Origin: Camelus dromedarius
Taxonomy: Eukaryota
Reading direction: 5' to 3'
NCBI RefSeq assembly: GCF_036321535.1
Contig: NC_087436.1
Span: forward strand, 1,984,001-2,048,000
DNA: 64,000 nt
Shown: positions 1 to 12,842 of the stretch, one piece after another
Layout: each line of letters starts with the position of its first letter
How positions within the stretch are numbered: the stretch's first letter is position 1
Notes under the pieces: model-generated
What the model saw: only the letters and a program-made list of their open reading frames with translations
Database searches by the model: none
Told to the model about the DNA's origin: nothing
Position numbers and translations under genes: made by a program

Positions 1-175
1 TGCCGGTATGAAGTTCAAGCAGTTTTCACTGTAAAACCGAGTTTTTGATAGTACCTCCCCATGTATATATATGGAGTGGAGTTTGCAACTGAAAAGGAAC
101 TTTGTGTTCCCAAAAAGCTAGGTGAAGTATGGCTTTCACACACACTTATCTCTCAGAACTGAGCATGTGGAGAGA

Positions 176-3100
176 CGTTCGTTCACCTACCAAAAATGGA
201 ACGAGTTGCAGTAGTAACTTTTACTCTGGTTTCTCATTCTTTTTCCTAGTTTCGGTTTGAAATTCTTGCAGTTTTCACTGTAATACCGAGTTGGAGCTAG
301 AACCTCCCCATAAATATGAGTGGAGTGGATTTTGCAACTGAAAGATTCTTTGTGTTCCCAACAAGCTAGGTGAAGGACGGCTTTCACACACACTTATCTC
401 TCAGAACTGAGCATGTGGAGAGTCGTTCGTTCATCTAGCACAAAGGTAACGGGTTTCAGGAGAAACATTTACTCTGGTTTCTCAGTCTGTTTCCTAGTGC
501 CGGTTTGAAGTACCTGCAGTTTTCACTGTAAAACCGAGTTGGAGCTAGTACCTCCCCATATATATGTATGGAGTGGAGTTTGCATCTGAAAAGAAATTTT
601 TTGTTCCCCACAAGCTAGGTGAAGGACGGCTTTCACACACACTTATCTCTCAGAACTGAGCATGTGGAGAGACGTTCTTTCATCTAGCACAAAGGGAACG
701 GGTTGCAGGAGAAACTTTTACTCTGGTTTCTCAGTCTGTTTCCTAGTGCCGGTTTGAAATTCCTGCAGTATTCTCTGTAAAACAGAGTTGGAGCTAGTAC
801 CTCCCCATATATATGTATGGAGTGGAATTTGCAACTGAAAAGAAACTTTGTGTTCCCAACAAGCTAGTTGAAGTACGGCTTTCACACACACATATCTCTC
901 AGAAATGAGCATGTGGAGAGACGTTCGTTCATCTAGCAAAAAGGGAACGGGTTGCAGGAGAAACTTTTACTCTGGTTTCTCAGTCCGTTTCCTAGTGCCG
1001 GTATGAAGTTCCTACAGTTTTCACTGTAAAACCGAGTTGGAGCTAGTACCTCCCCATATATATGTATGGAGTGGGCTTTGCAACTGAAAAGAAATTTTGT
1101 GTTCCCAAAAAGCTAGGTGAAGGACGGCTTTCACACACAATTATCTCTCAGAACTGAGCATGTGGAGAGACGTTCGTTCACCTTGCAAAAATTGAACGAG
1201 TTGCAGTAGTAACTTTTACTCTGGCTTCTCAGTCTGTTTCCTAGTGCCATTTTGAAGATCTTGCAGTTTTCACTGTAATACCGAGTTGGAGCTAGTACCT
1301 CCCCATAAATATGTGTGGACTGGATTTTGCAACTGAAAAGAAACTTTGTGTTCCCAACAAGCTAGTTGAAGTACGGCTTTCACACACATTTATCTCTCAG
1401 AACTGAGCATGTGGAGAGTCGTTCTTTCATCTAACACAAAGGGAACGGGTTTCAGGAGAAACATTTACTCTGGTTTCTCAGTCTGTTTCCTAGTGCCGGT
1501 TTGAAGTTCCTGAAGTTTTCACTGTAAAACCGAGTTGGTGCTGGTACCTACCCATATATATGTATGGAATGGAGTTTGCAACTGAAAAGAAACTTTGTGT
1601 TCCCAACAAGCTAGGTGAAGGACGGCATTTACACACACTTATCTCTCAGAACTGAGCATGTGGAGAGACGTTCGTTCATCAAGCACAAAGGGAACGGTTT
1701 GCAGGAGAAAATTTTACTCTGTTTCTCAGTCTGTTTCCTAGTACCGGTTTGAAGTTCCTGCAGTTTTCATTGTAAAACCGAGCTGGAACTAGTACCTCCC
1801 AATATATATGTATGGAGTGGAGTTTGCAACTGAAAATAAACATGTGTTCCCAACAAGCTAGTTGAAGGACGGCTTTCACACACACTTATTTCTCAGAAAT
1901 GAGCATGTGGAGAGACGTTCGTTCATCAAGCACAAAGGGAACGGGTTGCAGGAGAAACTTTTACTCTGTTTCTCAGTCTGTTTCCTAGTGCCGGTTTGAA
2001 GTTCCTGCAGTTTTCACTGTAAAACCGAGTTGGAGCTAGTACCTCCCCATATATATGTATGGAGTGGAGTTTGCAACTGAAAAGTAAATTTGTGTTCCCA
2101 ACAAGCTAGGTGAAGGACGGCTTTCACACACACTTATCTCTCAGAAATGAGCATGTGGAGAGACGTTCGTTCATCTAGCACAAAGGGAACGGGTAGCAGG
2201 TTAAACTTTTACTCTGGTTTCTCAGTCTGTTTCCTAGTGCCGGTTTGAAGTTCCAGCAGTTTTCATTGTAAAACCGAGTTGGGGCTAGTACCTACCCTTA
2301 TATATGTATGGAATGGAGTTTGCATCTGAAAAGAAACTTTGTGTTCCCAACAAGGTAGTTGAAGACGGCTTTCACACACACTTTTCTCTCAGAACTGAGC
2401 ATGTGGAGAGAGGTTCGTTCATCTAGCACAAAGGGAACGGGTTGCAGGAGAAAGTTATTCTCTGGTTTCTCAGTCTGTTTCCTAGTGCCGGTTTGAATTT
2501 CCTGCAGTTTTCACTGTAAAACAGAGTTTGGGCTTGTACCTCCCCATATATATATATGGAGTGGAGTTTGCAACTGAAAAGAAACTTTGTGTTCCCAACA
2601 AGCTATGTGAAGGACGGCTTTCACACACACTTATCTCTCAGAACTGAGCATGTGGAGAGACGTTCGTTCACCTACCAAAAATGGAACGAGTTGCAGTAGT
2701 AACTTTTACTCTGGTTTCTCAGTCTTTTTCCTAGTTTCGGTTTGAAATTCTTGCAGTTTTCACTGTAATACCGAGTTGGAGCTAGATCCTCCCCATAAAT
2801 ATGAGTGGAGTGGATTTTGCAACTGAAAGAATCTTTGTATTCCCAACAAGCTATGTGAAGGACGGCTTTCACACACACTTATCTCTCAGAACTGAGCATG
2901 TGGAGAGTCGTTCGTTCATCTAGCACAAAGGTAACGGGTTTCAGGAGAAACATTTACTCTGGTTTCTCAGTCTGTTTCCTAGTGCCGGTTTGAAGTACCT
3001 GCAGTTTTCACTGTAAAACCGAGTTGGAGCTAGTACCTCCCCATATATATGTATGGAGTGGAGTTTGCATCTGAAAAGAAATTTTGTGTTCCCCACAAGC

Positions 3101-5144
3101 TAGGTGAAGGACGGCTTTCACACACACATATCTCTCAGAACTGAGCATGTGGAGAGACGTTCTTTCATCTAGCACAAAGGGAACGGGTTGCAGGGGAAAC
3201 TTTTACTCTGGTTTCTCAGTCTGTTTCATAGTGCCGGTTTGAAATTCCTGCAGTATTCTCTGTAAAACAGAGTTGGAGCTAGTACCTCCCCATATATATG
3301 TATGGAGTGGAATTTGCAACTGAAAAGAAACTTTGTGTTCCCAACAAGCTAGTTGAAGTACGGCTTTCACACACACTTATCTCTCAGAAATGAGCATGTG
3401 GAGAGACGTTCGTTCATCTAGCAAAAAGGGAACGGGTTGCAGGAGAAACTTTTACTCTGGTTTCTCAGTCTGTTTCCTAGTGCCGGTATGAAGTTCCTAC
3501 AGTTTTCACTGTAAAACCGAGTTGGAGCTAGTACCTCCCCATATATATGTATGGAGTGGGCTTTGCAACTGAAAAGAAATTTTGTGTTCCCAAAAAGCTA
3601 GGTGAAGGACGGCTTTCACACACAATTATCTCTCAGAACTGAGCATGTGGAGAGACGTTCGTTCACCTAGCAAAAATTGAACGAGTTGCAGTAGTAACTT
3701 TTACTCTGGCTTCTCAGTCTGTTTCCTAGTGCCGGTTTGAAGTTCCTGAAGTTTTCACTGTAAAACCGAGTTGGTGCTGGTACCTACCCATATATATGTA
3801 TGGAATGGAGTTTGCAACTGAAAAGAAACTTTGTGTTCCCAACAAGCTAGGTGAAGGACGGCATTCACACACACTTATCTCTCAGAACTGAGCATGTGGA
3901 GAGACGTTCGTTCATCAAGCACAAAGGGAACGGTTTGCAGGAGAAAATTTTACTCTGTTTCTCAGTCTGTTTCCTACTACCGGTTTGAAGTTCCTGCAGT
4001 TTTCATTGTAAAACCGAGCTGGAGCTAGTACCTCCCAATATATATGTATGGTGTGGAGTTTGCAACTGAAAATAAACATGTGTTCCCAACAAGCTAGTTG
4101 AAGGACGGCTTTCACACACACTTATTTCTCAGAAATGAGCATGTGGAGAGACGTTCGTTCATCAAGCACAAAGGGAACGGGTTGCAGGAGAAACTTTTAC
4201 TCTGTTTCTCAGTCTGTTTCCTAGTGCCGGTTTGAAGTTCCTGCAGTTTTCACTGTAAAACCGAGTTGGAGCTAGTACCTCCCCATATATATGTATGGAG
4301 TGGAGTTTGCAACTGAAAAGTAAATTTGTGTTCCCAACAAGCTAGGTGAAGGTCGGCTTTCACACACACTTATCTCTCAGAAATGAGCATGTGGAGAGAC
4401 GTTCGTTCATCTAGCACAAAGGGAACGGGTAGCAGGTTAAACTTTTACTCTGGTTTCTCAGTCTGTTTCCTAGTGCCGGTTTGAAGTTTCTGCAGTTTTC
4501 AATGTAAAACCGTGTTGGAGCTTGTACCTACCCATATATATTTATGGAGAGGAGTTTACAACTGAAAAGAAACTTTGTGTTCCCAACAAGCTAGGTGAAG
4601 TGCGGTTTCACACCCAATTATCTCTCAGAAATGTGCATGTGGAGAGTCATTCGTTCATCTAGCACAAAGTGAAAGGGTTGCAGGAGAAACTTTTACTATG
4701 GTTTCTCAGTCTGTTTCCTAGTGCCGGTTTGAAGTTCCTGCAGTTTTCATTGTAAAACCGAGTTGGGGCTAGTACCTACCCTTATATATGTATGGAATGG
4801 AGTTTGCATCTGAAAAGAAACTTTGTGTTCCCAACAAGGTAGTTGAAGACGGCTTTCACACACACTTTTCTCTCAGAACTGAGCATGTGGAGAGAGGTTC
4901 GTTCATCTAGCACAAAGGGAACGGGTTGCAGGAGAAAGTTATTCTCTGGTTTCTCAGTCTGTTTCCTAGTGCCGGTTTGAATTTCCTGCAGTTTTCACTG
5001 TAACACAGAGTTTGGGCTTGTACCTCCCCATATATATATATGGAGTGGAGTTTGCAACTGAAAAGAAACTTTGTGTTCCCAACAAGCTATGTGAAGGACG
5101 GCTTTCACACACACTTATCTCTCAGAACTGAGCATGTGGAGAGA
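176..5144. repeat. Two 10-monomer HOR copies (2485 and 2484 bp), each a one-monomer deletion derivative of the 11-mer
   Basis: Marker monomer A (CACCTACCAAAAATGG...TTTTTCCTAGTTTCGG) at ~176, ~2661 and ~5145. Copy 1 carries a fused I/J monomer (~2165) and copy 2 a fused E/F monomer (~3656). Confidence 0.85.
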
Positions 5145-8100
5145 CGTTCGTTCACCTACCAAAAATGGAACGAGTTGCAGTAGTAACTTTTACTCTGGTT
5201 TCTCAGTCTTTTTCCTAGTTTCGGTTTGAAATTCTTGCAGTTTTCACTGTAATACCGAGTTGGAGCTAGATCCTCCCCATAAATATGTGTGGAGTGGATT
5301 TTGCCACTGAAAGAATCTTTGTATTCCCAACAAGCTATGTGAAGGACGGCTTTCACACACACTTATCTCTCAGAACTGAGCATGTGGAGAGTCGTTCGTT
5401 CATCTAGCACAAAGGTAACGGGTTTCAGGAGAAACATTTACTCTGGTTTCTCAGTCTGTTTCCTAGTGCCGGTTTGAAGTACCTGCAGTTTTCACTGTAA
5501 AACCGAGTTGGAGCTAGTACCTCCCCATATATATGTATGGAGTGGAGTTTGCATCTGAAAAGAAATTTTGTTATCCCCACAAGCTAGGTGAAGGACGGCT
5601 TTCACACACACTTATCTCTCAGAACTGAGCATGTGGAGAGACGTTCTTTCATCTAGCACAAAGGGAACGGGTTGCAGGGGAAACTTTTACTCTGGTTTCT
5701 CAGTCTGTTTCATAGTGCCGGTTTGAAATTCTTGCAGTATTCTCTGTAAAACAGAGTTGGAACTAGTACCTCCCCATATATATGTATGGAGTGGAATTTG
5801 CAACTGAAAAGAAACTTTGTGTTCCCAACAAGCTAGTTGAAGTACGGCTTTCACACACACTTATCTCTCAGAAATGAGCATGTGGAGAGACGTTCGTTCA
5901 TCTAGCAAAAAGGGAACGGGTTGCAGGAGAAACTTTTACTCTGGTTTCTCAGTCTGTTTCCTAGTGCCGGTATGAAGTTCCTACAGTTTTCACTGTAAAA
6001 CCGAGTTGGAGCTAGTACCTCCCCATATATATGTATGGATTGGTGTTCGCAACTGAAAAGAAACATGTGTTCCCAACAAGCTAGTTGAAGGACGGATTTC
6101 ACACACACTTATCTCTCAGAAATGAGCATGTGGAGAGACGTTCGTTCATCAAGCACAAAGGGAACGGGTTGCAGGAGAAACTTTTACTCTGTTTCTCAGT
6201 CTGTTTCCTAGTGCCGGTTTGATGTTCCTGCAGTTTTCACTGTAAAACCGATTTGGATCTAGTACCTCCCCATATATATGTATGGAGTGGAGATGGCAAC
6301 TGAAAAGAAACTTTGTGTTCCCAACAAGCTAGGTGAAGGACGGCTTTCAGACACAATTATCTCTCAGAATTGAGCATGTGGAGAGTCATTCGTTCATCTA
6401 GCACAAAAGGAACGGTTTGCAGGAGAAACTTTTACTCTGGATTCTCAGTCTGTTTCTAATGCCGGTTTGAAGTTCCTGCAGTTTTCACTGTAAAACCGAG
6501 TTGGAGCTAGTACCAACCCATATATATGTATGGAGTGGAGTTTGCAACTGAAAAGAAACTTTGTGTTCCCAACAAGCTAGGTGAAGGACGGCTTTCACAC
6601 ACACTTATCTCTCAGAAATGAGCATGTGGAGACACGTTCGTTCATGTAGCAAAAAGGGAACAGGTTGCAGGAGAAACTCTTACTCTGGTTTCTCAGTCTG
6701 TTTCCTAGTGCCAGTTTGAAGTTCCTGCAGTTTTCACTGTAAAACCGATTTGGAGCTAGTACCTCCCCATATATATGTATGGAGTGGAGTTTGCAACTGA
6801 AAAGAAACTTTGTGTTACCAAGAAGCTAGGTGAAGGACGGCTTTCACACACAATTATCTCTCAGAACTGAGCATGTGGAGAGACGTTCGTTCATCAAGCA
6901 CAAAAGAACGGGCTGCAGGAGAACTTTTACTCTGTTTCTCAGTCTGTTTCCTAGTGCCGGTTTAAAATTCCTGCAGTTTTCATTGTAAAACCGAGTTGGA
7001 GCTAGTACCTCCCCATATATATGTATGGAGTGGAGTTTGCAACTGAAAAGAAACTTTGTGTTCCCAAAAAGCTAGGTGAAGGACGGCTTTCACACACAAT
7101 TATCTCTCAGAACTGAGCATGTGGAGAGACGTTCGTTCATCTAGCACAAAGGGAACGGGTTGCAGGAGAAACTTTTACTCTGGTTTCTCAGTCTGTTTCC
7201 TAGTGCCGGTTTGAAGTTCCTGCAGTTTTCACTGTAAAACCGAGTTGGGGCTAGTACCTCCCCATATATATGTATGGAGTGGGCTTTGCAACTGAAAAGA
7301 AATTTTGTGTTCCCAAAAAGCTAGGTGAAGGACGGCTTTCACACACAATTATCTCTCAGAACTGAGCATGTGGAGAGACGTTCGTTCACCTAGCAAAAAT
7401 GGAACGAGTTGTAGTAGTAACTTTTACTCTGGTTTCCCAGTCTGTTTCCTAGTGCCATTTTGAAGTTTTTGCAGTTTTCACTGTAATACCGAGTTGGAGC
7501 TAGTACTTCCCATAAATATGTGTGAAATGGATTTTGCAACTGAAAAGAAACTTTGTGTTCCCAACAAGCTAGGTGAAGGACGGCTTTCACACACACTTAT
7601 CTCTCAGCACTGAGCATGTGGAGAGACGTTCGTTTATAAAGCACAAAGGGAACGGGTTGCAGGAGAAACTTTTACTCTATTTCTCAGTCTGTTTGCTAGT
7701 GCCGGTTTGAAGTTCCTGCAGTTTTCACTGTAAAACCGAGTTGGAGCTAGTACCTCCCCATATATATGTATGGATTGGAGTTTGCAACTGAAAAGAAACT
7801 TTGTGTTCCCAACAAGCTAGGTGAAGGACGGCTTTCACACACACTTATCTCTCAGAAATGAGCATGTGGAGAGACGTTCGTTCATCTAGCTCAAAGGGAA
7901 CGGGTTGCAGGATAAACTTTTACTCTGGTTTCTCAGTCTGTTTCCTAGTGCCGGTTTGACGTTCCTGCAGTTTTCACTCTAAAACCGTGTTGGAGCTAGT
8001 ACCTCCCCATATATATTTATGGAGAGGAGTTTGCAACTGAAAAGAAACTTTGTGTTCCCAACAAGCTAGGTGAAGTGCGGCTTTCACACCCAATTATCTC

Positions 8101-11100
8101 TCAGAAATGAGCATGTGGAGAGTCATTCTTTCATCTAGCACAAAGGGAAAGGTTTGCAGGAGAAAATTTTACTCTGGTTTCTCAGTCTGTTTCCTAGTGC
8201 CGGTTTGAAGTTCCTGCAGTTTTCACTGTAAAACAGAGTTGGAGCTTCTACCTCCCCATATATATGTATGGAGTGGGGTTTGCAAATGAAAAGGAACTTT
8301 GTGTTCCCAACAAGCTAGGTGAAGGACGGCTTTCACACACAATTAACTCTCAGAACTGAGCATGTGGAGAGACGTTCGTTCATAAAGCACAAAGGGAACG
8401 GGATGCAGGAGAAATTTTACTCTGCTTCTCAGTTTGTTTCCTAGTGCCGTTTTGAAGTTCCAGCAGTTTTCATTGTAAAACCGAGTTGGAGGTAGTACCT
8501 CCCCATATATATGTATGGAATGGAGTTTGCAACTGAAAAGTAACTTTGTGTTCCCAACAAGCTAGGTGAAGGACGGCTTTCACACACAATTATCTCTCAG
8601 ATCTGAGCATGTGGAGAGACGTTCGTTCATCAAGCACAAAGGGAATGGGTTGCAGTAGAAACTTTTACTCTGTTTCTCAGTCTGTTTCCTAGTGCTGGTT
8701 TGAAGTTCCTGCAGTTTTCACTGTAAAACCGAGTTGGAGCTTTTACCTCCCCATATATATGTATGGAGTGGAGTTTGCAAGTGAAAAGAAACTTTGTGTT
8801 CCCAACAAGCTAGGTGAAGGACGGCTTTCCCACACACTTATCTCTCAGAAATGAGCATGTGGAGAGACGTTCGTTTATAAAGCACAAAGGGAACGGGTTG
8901 CAGGAGAAAGTTTTACTCTGGTTTCTCATTCTGTTTCCTAGTGCCGGTTTGAAGTTCCTGCAGTTTTCACTGTAAAATCGTTGGAGCTAGTACCTCCCCA
9001 TATATATGTATGGAGTGGAGTTTGCATCTGAAAAGAAAATTTGTGTTCCCAAGAAGCTAGGTGAAGGACGGCTTTCACCCACACTTATCTCTCAGAATTG
9101 AGCATGTGGAGAGACGTTCGTTCACCTAGCAAAAAGGGAACGAGTTGCAGGAGTAACTTTTACTCTGGTTTCTCAGTCTGTTTCCTACTGCCGGTTTGAA
9201 GTTCCTGCAGTTTTCACTGTAAAACCGAGTTGGGGCTAGTACCTACAAATATATATGTATGGAGTGGAGTTTGCATCTGAAAAGAAACTTTGTGTTCCCA
9301 ACACGCTAGGTGAAGATCGGCTTTCACACACATTTATCTCTCAGAACTGAGCATGTGGAGAGACGTTCGTTCATCAAGCACAATTGGAACTTGTTGCGGG
9401 AGAAACTTTTACTCTGGTTTCTCAATCTGTTTCCTAGTGCCGGTTTGAAGTTCCTGCAGTTTTCACTGTAAAACCGAGTTGGGGCTAGTACCTCCCCATA
9501 TATATGTATGGAGTGGAGTTTGCAACTGAAAAGAAACTTGGTGTTCGCAACAAGCTAGGTGAAGGACGGCTTTCAAATACAATTATATCTCAGAACTGAG
9601 CATGTGGAGAGTCATTCGTTCATCTAGCACAATCGGAACGGGTTGCAGGAGAAACTTATACTCTGGTTTCTCAGTCTGTTTCCTAGTGCCGGTTTGAAGT
9701 TCCTGCAGTTTTCAATGTAAAACCGATTTGGTGCTAGTACCTACCCATATATATATATGGAGTGGAGTTTGCAACTGAAAAGAAACTTTGTGTTCCCAAC
9801 AAGTTAGTTGAAGGACTGCTTCACACACACTTATCTCTCAGGACTGATCATGTGGAGAGACGTTCGTTCATAAAGCACAAAGGAAACGGGTTGCAGGAGA
9901 AATTTTTACTCTGTTTCTCAGTCTGTTTCCTAGTGCCGGTTTGAAGTTCCAGCATTTTTCACTGTAAAACCGAGTTGGAGCTAGTACCTCCCCATGTATA
10001 TGTATGGAGTGGTGTTTGCAACTGAAAAGAAACTTTGTGTTCCCAATAAGTATGTTGAAGGACAGCTTTCACACACACTTATCTGTCAGAAATGAGCATG
10101 TGGAAAGACGTTCGTTCATCTAGGAAAAAGGAAACGGGTTGCAGGTGGAACTTTTACTCTGGTTTCTCAGTCTGTTTCCTAATGCTGGTTTGAAGTTCCT
10201 GCAGTTTTCACTGTAAAACCGAGTTGGAGCTAGTACCTCCCCATATATATGAATGGAGTTGAGATTGCAACTGAAAAGAAACTTTGTGTTCCCAACAAGT
10301 TAGTTGAAGGACGGCTTCACACACACTTATCTCTCATAACTGATCATGTGGAGAGACGTTAGTTCATAAAGCACAAAGGGAACGTGTTGCAGAAGAAATT
10401 TTTACTCTGTTTCTCAGTCTGTTTCCTAGTGCCGGTTTGAAGTTCCAGCATTTTTCACTGTAAAACCGAGTTGGAGCTAGTACCTCCCCATGTATATGTA
10501 TGGAGTGGTGTTTGCAACTGAAAAGAAACTTTGTGTTCCCAATAAGTATGGTGAAGGACGGCTTTCACACACACATATCTGTCAGAAATGAGCATGTGGA
10601 GAGACGTTCGTTCATCTAGCAAAAAGGGAACGGGTTGCAGGTGAAAGTTTTACTCTGGTTTCTCAGTCTGTTTCCTAGTGCCGGTTTGAAGTTCCTGCAG
10701 TTCTCTCTGTAAAACCGAGTTGGAGCTAGTACCTCCCCATATATATGTATGGAGTGGAGTTTGCAACTGAAAATAAACTTTGTGTTCCCAACAAGCTAGG
10801 TGAAGAACGGCTTTCACACACACTTATCTCTCAGAACTGAGCATGTGGAGAGACGTTCGTTCATCTAGCAAAAAGGGAACGGGTTGCAGGAGAAACTTGT
10901 ACTCTGGTTTCTCAGTCTGTTTCCTAGTGCCGGTATGAAGTTCCTGCAGTTTTCACTGTAAAACCGAATTGGAGCTAGTACCTCCCCATATATATGTATG
11001 GAGTGGAGTTTGCAACTGAAAAGAAACTTTGTGTTCCCAAAAAGCTAGGTGAAGGACGGCTTTCACACACACTTATCTCTTAGAACTCAGCATGTGGAGA

Positions 11101-12842
11101 GACGTTCGTTCACCTAGCAAAAATGGAACGAGTTGCAGTAGTAACTTTTGCTCTGGTTTCTCAGTCTGTTTCCTAGTGCCATTTTGAAGTTCTTGCAGTT
11201 TTCACTGTAATACCGAGTTGGAGCTAGTACCTCCCAATAAATATGTGTGGAGTGGATTTTGCAACTGAAAAGAAACATTGTGTTCCCAACAAGCTAGGTG
11301 AAGGACGGCTTTCACACACACTTATCTCTCAGAACTGAGCATGTTTAGAGACGTTCGTTCATCTAGCATAAAGGGAACGGGTTTCAGGAGAAACATTTAC
11401 TCTGGTTTCTCAGTCTGTTTCCTAGTGCCGGTTTAAAGTTCCTGCAGTTTTCACTGTAAAACCGAGTTGGGGCTAGTACCTCCCCATATATATGTATTGA
11501 GTGGAGTTTGCAACTGAAAAGAAACTTTGTGTTCCCAACAAGCTAGGTGAACGGCGGCTTTCACACACATTTATCTCTCAGAACTTAGCATGTGGAGAGA
11601 CGTTCGTTCACCTAGCAAAAATGGAACGAGTTGCAGTAGTAACTTTTACTCTGGTTTCTCAGTCTGTTTCCTAGTGCCATTTTGAAGTTCTTGCAGTTTT
11701 CACTGTAATACCGAGTTGGATCTAGTACCTCCTCATGAATATGTGTGGAGTGGATTTTGCAATGAAAGGAAACTTTGTGTTCCCAACAAGCTAGGTGAAG
11801 GAAGCCTTTCACACACACTTATCTCTCAGAACTGAGCATGTGGAGATTCGTTCGTTCATCTAGCACAAAGGGAACGGGTTTCAGGGGAAACATTTACTCT
11901 GGTTTCTCAGTCTGTTTCCTAGTGCCGGTTTGAAGTTCCTGAAGTTTTCACTGTAAAACCGAGTTGGAGCTAGTACCTACCCATATATATGTATGGAGTG
12001 GAGTTTGCAACTGAAAAGAAACTTTGTGTTCCCAACAAGCTAGGTGAAGGACGGCTTTCACACACAATTATCTCTCAGAACAGAGCATGAGGAGAGACGT
12101 TCGTTCATCAAGCACAAAGGGAACGGATTGCAGGAGAAACTTTTACTCTGTTTCTCAGTCTGTTTCCTAGTGCCGGTTTGAAGTTCCTGCAGTTTTCATT
12201 GTAAAATCGAGTTGGGGTTGTACCTACCCATATATATGTATGGAATGGAGTTTGCATCTGAAAAGAAACTTTGTGTTCCCAAAAAGCTAGGTGAAGGACG
12301 GCTTTCACACACACTTATCTCTCAGAACTGAGCATGTTTAGAGACGTTCGTTCATCTAGCAAAAAGGGAACGGGTTGCAGGAGAAAGTATTTTTCTGGTA
12401 TCTCAGTCTGTTTCATAGTGCCGGTTTGAAGTTCCTGCAGTTTTCTCTGTAAAACCGGGTTGGAGCTAGTACATCCCAATGTATATGTATGGAGTGGAGT
12501 TTGCAACTGAAAAGAAACATTGTGTTCCCTACAAGCTAGGTGAAGTACGGCTTTCACACACACTTATCTCTCAGAAATGAGCATGTGGAGAGACGTTCGT
12601 TCATCTAGCACAAAGGGAACGGGTTGCAGGAGAAACTATTACTCTGGTTTCTCAGTCTGTTTCCTAGTGCCGGTATGAAGTTCAAGCAGTTTTCACTGTA
12701 AAACCGAGTTTTAGATAGTACCTCCCCATGTATATATATGGAGTGGAGTTTGCAACTGAAAAGGAACTTTGTGTTCCCAAAAAGCTAGGTGAAGTATGGC
12801 TTTCACACACACTTATCTCTCAGAACTGAGCATGTGGAGAGA

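Noticed and set aside
801..895. TATATA as a TATA box and (CA)n as a microsatellite
   Set aside because: Both are short fixed parts of every monomer with no downstream gene and no real length expansion.
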